33,065 nucleotides of DNA from Candidatus Methanomethylophilaceae archaeon (GTDB taxonomy: Archaea > Thermoplasmatota > Thermoplasmata > Methanomassiliicoccales > Methanomethylophilaceae): assembly GCA_944320495.1 (NCBI GenBank), contig CALUHR010000004.1, positions 1 to 33,065 on the forward strand, written 5' to 3'. A program made the position numbers and the translations under genes. The notes under the pieces were generated by a model that worked only from the letters and a program-made list of their open reading frames with translations, was not told where the DNA came from and searched no databases. The number at the start of each line of letters is the position of its first letter. The stretch's first letter is position 1. Shown here piece by piece: positions 6,967 through 14,889 of the stretch.

Positions 6967-8282
6967 GCCTCCACCTCCGGTCTCCTCATGTCGAACGCCT
7001 TCTCCCACTCCTCGGCCATCGTGAACAGCACGTCCTCGTCCCAGTGGGCGCCGACGAACTGCATGCCGATGGGCATCCCGTTCCCGTCGTATCCGCAGGG
7101 CACGCTGAGGTGCGGGTTGCCGGCGAGGTTGGGCGGGACGGTGAGGTAGTCGGTCTTGTAGGAGTCAAGCGCGGACATCCTCTCGATCTCGTCGAACCTC
7201 GGTGCGACGTAGGGCATGGTGGGTGTGAGGACCGCGTCGTGGTCCTGCAGGATGCGCTTGTAGTCGTCGATGACGAGCTGCCTGACCTGCCTGGCCTTGG
7301 CGTAGTACCTGTCGCGGTAGCCCACCATCCTGGTGAACGTACCGAGCAGGATCCTCCTCTTCGCCTCGTCGCCGAAGCTGGCCGAACGGATGGACGAGAA
7401 GTAGTCGTCGAACTTGAGGGACAGGTCGCCCTCCTGGACGCCGTACCTCATGCCGACGTACCTGGCGAGGTTGGTGGACGCCTCGGAGGTGGCGATGACG
7501 TAGTACGCCGGGATGGCGTACCTGAACGAGGGCATGTCGACCTCCTCGACGTCGATGCCCATGGACCTGAGGGTCTCTATGGAATCGTTGAACGCGGCCT
7601 CCACATCCCCGGAGAGTCCCTGGATGCCGTCCTTCGGGACGGCCACACTCTTCATCCTGCGCCTCTCGCTCTTCAGCTCGGGCTGGACGCAGGAGGTGGG
7701 GTCCCTCTCGTCCCTGCCCGCCATGATCGTGATGTACTTCCTGAGGTCGGAGGCCTTCGCGGAGAGCACCCCGATCTTGTCCAGGGAGTTCCCGTAGTCG
7801 ATGAGCCCGTACCTGGACACCCTCCCGTATGTGGGCGCTATCCCGTAGACCCCGCAGAAGCTGGCGGGGCAGCAGATGGATCCGCCGGTGGAGACACCGA
7901 GGGACACATGGCCCTCGAGCACCGCGGCGGCGCATGCCGACCCTCCGGAGGATCCGCCGCAGGACCTCTCCCTGTCGAAGGGGTTCCTGGGGATCTCGTA
8001 GGCCGAGTTGGCGGAGAAGGTCCCGAATCCGAACTCGTCCATGTTGGTCTTACCGACGAGCATCCCGCCGGCCGCCTTCATCCTCTCGATGGCGGCGGCG
8101 TCGAACGCCGGCACGTACCCCTGCAGGATCCTCGATCCGGCGCAGGTCTCCATGTCCAGGGAGGTGAGGTTGTCCTTGGCGGAGAACAGGAACCTCGATT
8201 CCCCCGCGTCGGTCTCGTCGGTCATGGCGTGGAACATGCCGTATTTGGCGTTGATGTCCTTCAGTCTCTGAAGGTAGCTCAT
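6963..8282 (-). CDS. gatA: Amidotransferase subunit A (amidase signature family)
   Basis: AKDN, GKTNMDEFGFG, GGSSGGSA, TGGSI, PTYGRVSRYGLI, ARYVGMRYG, EAKRRILLGTF, TVPPNLAGNPHLSVP. Confidence 0.95.
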   Translation of the reverse strand: MSYLQRLKDINAKYGMFHAMTDETDAGESRFLFSAKDNLTSLDMETCAGSRILQGYVPAFDAAAIERMKAAGGMLVGKTNMDEFGFGTFSANSAYEIPRNPFDRERSCGGSSGGSACAAAVLEGHVSLGVSTGGSICCPASFCGVYGIAPTYGRVSRYGLIDYGNSLDKIGVLSAKASDLRKYITIMAGRDERDPTSCVQPELKSERRRMKSVAVPKDGIQGLSGDVEAAFNDSIETLRSMGIDVEEVDMPSFRYAIPAYYVIATSEASTNLARYVGMRYGVQEGDLSLKFDDYFSSIRSASFGDEAKRRILLGTFTRMVGYRDRYYAKARQVRQLVIDDYKRILQDHDAVLTPTMPYVAPRFDEIERMSALDSYKTDYLTVPPNLAGNPHLSVPCGYDGNGMPIGMQFVGAHWDEDVLFTMAEEWEKAFDMRRPEVEA

Positions 8283-8551
8283 GACAGCCTCGGCCCCCTG
8301 ACGTATCTCTCGTAGGTGTTCATGTCCCTCAGGAGCCTGTCGGCGTCAATCGTCATGCGGGGCTCGTCGTCCCTGGTGACATCGGCCACGCCTATCGGGT
8401 CGATCCCGTAGGAGTCGCAGTTGGGCGCCTCGTCCAGCAGCTCGAAGTACCCCAGGATGTCCCCGAGGTCCCCGCTGTAGCGCTCCAGCTCCTCTTCTGT
8501 GAGCCTTATGTGCGCGGTGCGCGCGACCCTCTCGACCGTTTCTCTGTCCAT
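8279..8551 (-). CDS. gatC: Amidotransferase subunit C
   Basis: MDRETVERVARTAHIRLTEEELERYSGDLGDILGYFELL...TRDD, directly upstream of gatA with ATGA overlap. Start moved to ATG8551. Confidence 0.9.
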   Translation of the reverse strand: MDRETVERVARTAHIRLTEEELERYSGDLGDILGYFELLDEAPNCDSYGIDPIGVADVTRDDEPRMTIDADRLLRDMNTYERYVRGPRLS

Positions 8552-8588
8552 TGTAGACCTTCCAGACGAGATGATAGATGAATCTCTT

Positions 8589-9721
8589 TTAAGGTTCTCC
8601 ATGGGGGCGCGATGCTCGCGCGGGCCGGTCGATGTTCTCGGTGCCCCTGCGTATGACGCTGTAGGTGGCGCTGCGGGAGCGCGCCCCGCGGATGGACAGC
8701 GTCCTGTGCTTCACCATGTACCGGAGCAGGTTGTCCACCTTGTTGCACACCTGTGATTCGGTCATCCCGGCGGGCAGCATCGGGCGGATCTCCGCCATTA
8801 TCTCGCTCCGTGTGCACGGCCCCTCGCTCCACACGAACCCCTCGATTGCGTCGCGGAGAGCATCGTTGACCTCGCGGGGGGATGCGGCACAGGAGAATGT
8901 ATCCGTGCATCCTCCGAACGACGTGGGAGGTGCCTCAATGCCCAGACCCCCGAGCCATCTGGAGTCGGCCTCGTCTATGTCCCCCGTCGAAAGGAGGCGG
9001 TCCACCCTGATCGCCGTCTCCATGGACACGTCCGGATCCGATCTGAAGAACGATGCCTCCCTGTCGTCCATGACCTTCCCCCAGATCGTGACACTCACCT
9101 CCTGGTCGCCGATCTCGTACCTGGGGAGCGGGAATCCGCGCCGGATTTGGCAGCGGAACATCTTCCTGACGCCCCCTCCCGCCACATCCACGAGCCCGAT
9201 GTTCCTCATGACCTCGGCCAGCCGCGGGTTGCGGTAGGCGTGTTCCGGGGAGTCGCGGAGGACGACCCTATCGACGCTCCCCGGAAGGAACGATCCGACG
9301 TTCGAGAACACGAGGTGGTCGTTGGGGAACTCGGTGAGGTCCACCATGCCCTCGCGGCGGGTATCTGGAACATCAGCACCCTCCTGCCGTTCCGCTGGAC
9401 CTCGTGGATCTCGAAGAACGTGAGATGGCCAGAGACGTTCTGGGCGATCTCGTGCTTCAGGGAGTCCAGGGATGCACGCTCCGGACGGAAACCGGTCCCC
9501 ACGACGGCCCTGTCGCGGTCCCTCACTCCGAAGACGAGCCATGCGTACGGGGCATCCCTGAGGAGGGCCTCGTTGGAGAGCGCCGAGAAGTACCTGCCTA
9601 TGTCCGCCAGGCCGTACCCGTTCTTCGCCTCCTTCAGCTCGAATATCTCGGATTCGCCGCCGGACAGCATGGATGAGAGGACCTCATCCAGCTCGCGGGC
9701 GGACAGATGGATGCTCGTCAT
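8589..9721 (-). pseudogene. Schlafen/AlbA_2 - HATPase (RecG C-terminal-like) - wHTH protein, internally deleted and frameshifted
   Basis: The N-part (9721 to about 9350) has ESEIFELKEA...YFSALSNEA...WLVFGVRD...FQIPAA. The C-part in another frame (9347-8589) has EFPNDHLVFSNVGSFLPGSV...YRNPRLAEVMRNIGLVDVAGGGVRKMF..Q.RRGFPLPRY and a C-terminal winged helix. The central region expected in this family is absent. Confidence 0.75.
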
Positions 9722-9748
9722 CGACGACTGAATGCCGTCGATGTTTAT

Positions 9749-9790
9749 CACTATGTCGATGACATAGTATACTATGTCGCAGACATAGTG
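9749..9790. promoter_or_regulatory. Tandem palindromic operator-like element
   Basis: C-ACTATGTC-gat-GACATAGT-at-ACTATGTC-gca-GACATAGT-G, two copies with a 21-bp period. Confidence 0.6.
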
Positions 9791-9798
9791 CGTAGATG

Positions 9799-10332
9799 TC
9801 AGGACTTGTAGAGCACCAGTCCGTACAGGGTGACCCGGTCCTCCCTGAACTCGACCGTCCTGCCGAGCCTCCCGAGGTAGTTGCCAAGGTCGAAGCCGAC
9901 CGCCGAGATGGACGGGACGAGCATCTCGGGGAAGCGGCAGGGATCAGGATACGAGCAGACGCCGCAGTACCCGCAGCATCCTCCCGCCATCCCCATGCTC
10001 CTGCGCCCTGATGCTCTCAGTGCCGACACGACCGCCCTGACGGACCTGTGCAGCTCCTCGTTGGCCGCCTCTATCGAAGCCGTGTCCGAGACGTGGCAGC
10101 CGAACGTCCGCTCCAGGAGGATCGCGGAGTCGTACTCCTCCAGCAGCGAGTCGATCCTCCTCGTCCAGCCGGGAGGGCATCCCCAGTTGGTGCCGTAGTT
10201 CCCGCAGGTGTTCGCCACGCAGAGCCCGGCTCCGCGCTCCGCCTCCGCCGGATCGTACGATGGAGGGTCCACGGCGACGACCTCCCAGCCGTCTGGCACA
10301 TTCGCTCTGGCGATGTCGATAGGGGAATCCAT
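9799..10332 (-). CDS. DUF2284-family Cys-rich metal-binding protein
   Basis: C..NTCGNYGTNWGCPP and GGCCGYCGVCSYPDPCRFPEMLVPSISAVGFD. Start moved to MDSPID at 10332. Confidence 0.8.
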   Translation of the reverse strand: MDSPIDIARANVPDGWEVVAVDPPSYDPAEAERGAGLCVANTCGNYGTNWGCPPGWTRRIDSLLEEYDSAILLERTFGCHVSDTASIEAANEELHRSVRAVVSALRASGRRSMGMAGGCCGYCGVCSYPDPCRFPEMLVPSISAVGFDLGNYLGRLGRTVEFREDRVTLYGLVLYKS

Positions 10333-10405
10333 GCATCGGCCTCTATGTTCACGTTTAAAAGGATTCCCAGGTAGGTTTTTAACAGACCGGGCAGTGCTAG
10401 GTCCC

Positions 10406-10918
10406 ATGGCAGAGAGCTCCCCCGAAAAGAAGATCGCCTCGGCGATGAAGGCGATGGACGAGGGCGACTTCAAGAAGGCGTACTCCTCGTTCAAGAAGCT
10501 CGCAGCTGAGATGCCGGACAACGCCGACGTCTGGTACTTCAAGGCGGAGTGCGGGAACTACGCATCTGGCATGTTCGGCGCTAAGGTCGACACCCAGGAG
10601 ATCATGGACGCGTACAAGAAGGCCATCGAGCTCGATGGCAGTCGCGTCGACTACTACCAGTCCTACGGCTCCTTCTGCATCTCGGTCGGCAAGTACGACG
10701 AGGCGGAGGGCGCCTACAACGAGGCCGCCGAGATCGACGAGTCGATGTCGTCCTCGCTGTACTCCGAGTTCGCGATCGAGTACTACAACAACGTCATGGC
10801 CGCCTACGGCGAGATCATGGAGGACCCCAAGGCCCGCGCGCCCTATGCCAAGAAGGCGCTCACGTACATGCTCAAGGCCCTCGAGATGGATCCCGAGGAA
10901 GCCAAGTCCCTTCTCTGA
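10406..10918 (+). CDS. Tetratricopeptide-repeat protein
   Basis: TPR-like helices (AMDEGDFKKAYSSFKKL...PDNADVWYFKAE; AYKKAIELD...YYQSYG...GKYDEAEGAYNEAAEID). Start moved to ATG10406. Confidence 0.8.
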   Translation: MAESSPEKKIASAMKAMDEGDFKKAYSSFKKLAAEMPDNADVWYFKAECGNYASGMFGAKVDTQEIMDAYKKAIELDGSRVDYYQSYGSFCISVGKYDEAEGAYNEAAEIDESMSSSLYSEFAIEYYNNVMAAYGEIMEDPKARAPYAKKALTYMLKALEMDPEEAKSLL

Positions 10919-11000
10919 AGGTTAAACCCCAAAGCCCTCCCGGGGGGCCGATCCCGGGATTTCTGCTCTTATTCTCCCATCAGATTCCTTCGGCAGTCAC

Positions 11001-11048
11001 ATTAGACATTTGTCTAATTAAAATATGAATGCTAGAAATTCATCTATT
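11001..11048 (+). promoter_or_regulatory. Two TAGA-N6-TCTA palindromes upstream of amt1
   Basis: ATTAGACA-TT-TGTCTAAT (11001-11018) and GCTAGAAATTCATCTATT (11031-11048), 30 bp apart, in an AT-rich intergenic region. Confidence 0.6.
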
Positions 11049-11163
11049 TTATGTTCAAATCAGGGTGTAAAAATCTAATGAAATCCATGTTATGCAGAAT
11101 CAATTAAATACAATAGACGAATAAGCGCGAATGTCTGATTCAATTAGACAAATGAGGCATAAC

Positions 11164-12501
11164 ATGAGCTTCAAGAAGACAGTGATCATCGCCACGATCG
11201 CCGTGGCAATCGTCGCGGTGCTCCTCGCCGTGGTCCCGGATGCGGTATCCGCGGACACCCACGAGATCGGGGAGCAGTCCGGCGACTTCGCGAACATGGC
11301 ATGGGTGGCGATATGCTCGGCACTCGTTTTCATCATGACCCCCGGGGTCGCCCTGTTCTACGGAGGGATGCTCAGGAAGCAGAGCATGTCGTCCATCATC
11401 TCCCAGACGCTCCTCGGGATGTGCGTCATGGGCATCTCGTGGTTCGCCGTGGGATACTCCCTGGCCTTCTCCGAGGGCAACGCGATCATCGGAGGCCTGG
11501 ACAACGCCTTCTTCAACGGCGTCTCCGCATCCACGATCGGAGGGACCAACGCCTACGTCCCGGACCTCGAGTTCGCGATATTCCAGATGACCTTCGCCCT
11601 CATCACTGCGGGCATCGTCCTCGGTGCCAGCGCCGAGCGCATAAGGTATACCGCGGTCGTACCGTTCCTCGCAGTCTGGTCCATCCTCGTGTACGCGCCC
11701 ATGGCCCACATGGTCTGGGGCGGAGGGTTCCTCGCCGACCTCCCGGGAGGACTCGCCACTCTCGACTTTGCCGGAGGTACCGTCGTCCACATCTGCGCGG
11801 GAGCCACCGGAATGGCCCTCGCCCTCTACCTCGGCAAGCGCAGCGACAGGACCATGAAGAGGGCCCACAGCACTCCGATGGTCTTCATCGGATGCTTCCT
11901 CCTCTGGTTCGGTTGGATCGGGTTCAACGGCGGATCCGGTCTCGCAGCAAACGACCAGGCTATCCGCGCGATCATGGTGTCGCTCATCGCCTCCGTGTTC
12001 GCCATGGCCGCATGGGCCGCCGTGCAGTATCTCCACGTCGGACGCGTCGGGGTCACCGGCCTCTCCGCGGGAGCGGTCGCCGGACTCGTCGCCATCACCC
12101 CCGCCGCGGGATTCGTGTCCCCGCTCAGTGCGGCGATAATCGGTCTCGTCGGCGGGATCGTGTGCTACTTCGGCGTGATATTCATGCGCGAGAGGTCGGG
12201 CCTCGACGACGCCCTGGACGTCATGGGACTCCACGGGTTCGGAGGCATCTGGGGCGCCATCGCCACCGGACTCTTCGCCGAGTTCAACCTGGGCTCCGCC
12301 GGAGGCCTCCTGACCACCGGCGACTGGCAGCTGTTCGCGGGCAACATCGTCGCGGTCCTCGTGACGCTGGTGTTCTGCTTCGTGGTGTCGTACATCATCA
12401 TCTGGGTCATCGGCAAGCTGATGAGGGTGCGCGCGACCGAGGACGAGGAGCTCATCGGGCAGGACCTCGTCGAGAACGGAGAGCCCGCATACGTGATGTG
12501 A
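11164..12501 (+). CDS. amtB: Ammonium transporter Amt (copy 1) with signal-peptide-like N-terminus
   Basis: PGVALFYGGMLRK, FQMTFA, AHMVWGGG, DFAGGTVVHI, FGWIGFNGGS, DDALDVMGLHG (both pore His present). Start moved to MSFKK behind the GAGG RBS. Confidence 0.96.
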   Translation: MSFKKTVIIATIAVAIVAVLLAVVPDAVSADTHEIGEQSGDFANMAWVAICSALVFIMTPGVALFYGGMLRKQSMSSIISQTLLGMCVMGISWFAVGYSLAFSEGNAIIGGLDNAFFNGVSASTIGGTNAYVPDLEFAIFQMTFALITAGIVLGASAERIRYTAVVPFLAVWSILVYAPMAHMVWGGGFLADLPGGLATLDFAGGTVVHICAGATGMALALYLGKRSDRTMKRAHSTPMVFIGCFLLWFGWIGFNGGSGLAANDQAIRAIMVSLIASVFAMAAWAAVQYLHVGRVGVTGLSAGAVAGLVAITPAAGFVSPLSAAIIGLVGGIVCYFGVIFMRERSGLDDALDVMGLHGFGGIWGAIATGLFAEFNLGSAGGLLTTGDWQLFAGNIVAVLVTLVFCFVVSYIIIWVIGKLMRVRATEDEELIGQDLVENGEPAYVM

Positions 12502-12506
12502 TACCC

Positions 12507-12842
12507 ATGAAGATGGTTGTAGCAGTGATCAGGCCCGAGAGGCTCCAGGCCGTCAAGGACGGTCTGAGCGGCATCGGGGTGTGCGGCATGACGATAACCC
12601 ACGTCACGGGACGCGGGGAGCAGAGGGGACTGGTCTTCACGACCAGGGTCGGCGAGTTCATCGTCGACGAGATAGAGAAGGTGAAGCTCGAGATCGTCAT
12701 CGACGACGGGCAGGTCGACGGCGTCATCGCCAACATCCGCGAGAATGCGGAGACGGGCCACCCCGGCGACGGCAGGATCTTCATCATCCCCGTCCTGGAA
12801 TCCATAAGGATCCGTTCGGAGCCAGGTTCCGAGGGACAGTAA
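12507..12842 (+). CDS. glnK: PII signal transducer GlnK (copy 1), 111 aa
   Basis: MKMVVAVIRP, TGRGEQRG, R47, K58 and TGHPGDGRIF, directly after amt. Confidence 0.95.
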   Translation: MKMVVAVIRPERLQAVKDGLSGIGVCGMTITHVTGRGEQRGLVFTTRVGEFIVDEIEKVKLEIVIDDGQVDGVIANIRENAETGHPGDGRIFIIPVLESIRIRSEPGSEGQ

Positions 12843-12890
12843 ACGCCTCGCGGGGCAGTCAGTCCCCGCAATCCTCCTAAAACTCATTAT

Positions 12891-12920
12891 CCTCCCGGAC
12901 GACCGGATGCGTCCGGGAGG
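12891..12920 (+). terminator. Hairpin after glnK1 (repeat copy 1)
   Basis: CCTCCCGGACG-ACCGGATG-CGTCCGGGAGG, 11-bp perfect stem. Confidence 0.6.
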
Positions 12921-13083
12921 GCCTTTCATCCATTCTCTTTCTCCGGCATTCCGACGATGTCGACGCCCGTCCATCGCAACGTCTGCGTCCAGTGTCCGAG
13001 CCCGTGCATCCCGTCCCCGCATTTTCGACCGGGGGTGGTGGGATCCACATGCATAGATGGTCTCGAATCAGAATATTGAATCA

Positions 13084-13154
13084 GATAGTCATACATCTAG
13101 TCAAATTCAAATATAATTATACAAATGTCTAATACATCTTGTAAATACAAGATG
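13084..13154 (+). promoter_or_regulatory. amt2 promoter: two TAGA-N6-TCTA-type boxes, TATA, and a second palindrome
   Basis: GATAGTCATACATCTAGT (13084-13101), TATAATT at about 13112-13118, ATTATACA-AA-TGTCTAAT (13116-13133) and CATCTTGTA-AA-TACAAGATG (13135-13154). Confidence 0.6.
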
Positions 13155-13174
13155 AATGAAAGGAGTGTTCCGAT

Positions 13175-14539
13175 TTGAAGAACGCAATGAAGGCCATTCT
13201 CGGGATTGCGGCTGTAGCCTCTGCAGCCACTCTCCTGATCCCGACGGCGTCCGCCGCCGTCCCATCCTTCGATGAGGATTCGGTGGACCTGGTATCATCA
13301 CTTTTCATGTTCCTGGCGACGATGATGGTGTTCATCATGGCGCCGGCCATTGCACTGTTCTACGGCGGCATGCTCAGGAAGCAGAGCATGACGTCCCTCA
13401 TGGCCCAGTGCATTGGAGTCATGGCCCTAGTCGGTATCATATGGTGGGCGGTCGGATATTCGCTCACGTTCGGTGACGGCGGTAACGGGGGAATCATAGG
13501 GAATCTCGACTACATTCTGGGGCAGGGCATCGATGCCAGTGTCGGCAACGGTGTTCAGATGATACCCACCGCCGAGTTCCTCCTGTTCCAGGGGACCTTC
13601 GCGATCGTCACGGCGTGCATCGTGTTCGGGGCCACCGCGGAGAGGGTCAGATACCCGGCCATACTGGCGTTCCTCGCGATTTGGTCGTTCCTGGTCTACG
13701 CCCCGATGGCGCACATGGTCTGGGGAGGCGGATTCATCAGCTCCGGACTCACCGACATGGGTCTCCCGAACCAGGATTTCGCCGGAGGGACCGTGGTGCA
13801 CATATGCTCGGGTATCTCCGGCGTGGCTGCGGCCCTTGCCATCGGCAGGCGCAGCGACCGCATCATGAAGGGCCGTGCGCACAACGTCCCGCTGATGTTC
13901 ATCGGATGCATGCTGCTGTGGCTCGGATGGTTCGGTTTCAACTGCGGATCCGAGGGCGGGTTCGATTCCAGCGCGATCCTCGCGATGGAGAACACGTTCC
14001 TCGCGTCCTGCGCATCCACCCTGGCGTGGATCCTCATACAGTGCATCCACGTCGGCCGCGTCAGCGTCACAGGGCTGTGCGCCGGAGTCCTGGCTGGACT
14101 CGTCGGCATAACGCCCGGTTGCGGATTCGTGGATCCGTGGGCGTCCGTAATCATAGGGGTGGTCGCCTCCGTCATATGCTATGCGGGCATCGTGTTCATG
14201 CGCGGCAGGAAGGATGTGGACGACGCTCTGGACGTCATGGGGCTTCACGGAATAGGCGGGATCTGGGGTGCGATCGCGGTCGGGATCTTCTCGGTCGCGG
14301 CGTACAGCTGGGAGGGAAGTGGCGGACTGATCGCCGGGCAGGTCGACCTCCTGGCCGGACAGGCGGTATCCGTGGTAATCACCCTGGCGTACTGCTTCGT
14401 CGTCTCGTTCGTGATCATGAAGGTCATAGACCTGGTCATGAGGAGGATAGGAGGGGGCAGGGGCGCAGCCCTCACCGAGGACGAGCAGATGGTATGTTCC
14501 GATATCGTCGAGCACGGGGAGCCCTCCTACATAAGGTGA
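13175..14539 (+). CDS. amtB: Ammonium transporter Amt (copy 2), TTG start
   Basis: Same Amt motifs (FQGTFA, AHMVWGGG, DFAGGTVVHI, GWFGFNCGS, DDALDVMGLHG). RBS AGGAGTG 7 nt before the TTG. Confidence 0.95.
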   Translation: MKNAMKAILGIAAVASAATLLIPTASAAVPSFDEDSVDLVSSLFMFLATMMVFIMAPAIALFYGGMLRKQSMTSLMAQCIGVMALVGIIWWAVGYSLTFGDGGNGGIIGNLDYILGQGIDASVGNGVQMIPTAEFLLFQGTFAIVTACIVFGATAERVRYPAILAFLAIWSFLVYAPMAHMVWGGGFISSGLTDMGLPNQDFAGGTVVHICSGISGVAAALAIGRRSDRIMKGRAHNVPLMFIGCMLLWLGWFGFNCGSEGGFDSSAILAMENTFLASCASTLAWILIQCIHVGRVSVTGLCAGVLAGLVGITPGCGFVDPWASVIIGVVASVICYAGIVFMRGRKDVDDALDVMGLHGIGGIWGAIAVGIFSVAAYSWEGSGGLIAGQVDLLAGQAVSVVITLAYCFVVSFVIMKVIDLVMRRIGGGRGAALTEDEQMVCSDIVEHGEPSYIR

Positions 14540-14544
14540 CGTCC

Positions 14545-14880
14545 ATGAAGATGATCGTAGCTGTTGTCAGGCCCGAGAGGCTCCAGGCCGTCAAGGACGG
14601 TCTGTCCGGCGTCGGGGTGTGCGGCATGACCATAACCCATGTCACAGGGCGCGGGAAGCAGAGAGGTCTCGTCTTCACGACCAGGGTCGGCGAGTTCATC
14701 GTCGACGAGATGGAGAAGGTGAAGCTGGAGATCGTCGTGGATGACGGGCAGGTCGACGACGTCATAGCCAGCATCCGCGAGAACGCGGACACGGGTCATC
14801 CCGGGGACGGGAGGATCTTCATCGTGCCGGTCCTGGAATCCATAAGGATCCGTTCGGAGCCAGGCTCCGAGGGACAGTAA
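14545..14880 (+). CDS. glnK: PII signal transducer GlnK (copy 2), 111 aa
   Basis: 101 of 111 residues identical to glnK1 by manual alignment. Confidence 0.95.
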   Translation: MKMIVAVVRPERLQAVKDGLSGVGVCGMTITHVTGRGKQRGLVFTTRVGEFIVDEMEKVKLEIVVDDGQVDDVIASIRENADTGHPGDGRIFIVPVLESIRIRSEPGSEGQ

Positions 14881-14889
14881 ACCCGTTAA

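Noticed and set aside
9206-9542. Programmed frameshift joining the two Schlafen-like halves
   Set aside because: No slippery heptamer at the junction, and the expected central region is missing, which points to deletion rather than recoding.
12957-13079. 40-codon ORF MSTPVHRNVCVQCP... between glnK1 and amt2
   Set aside because: No RBS or promoter, weak codon bias, and its end overlaps the amt2 promoter region.
13158-13171. NrpR operator at amt2 (GAAA-GGAGTG-TTCC)
   Set aside because: Only 7/8, overlaps the SD which supplies much of the match, and has no counterpart at amt1. Kept only as a caveat.
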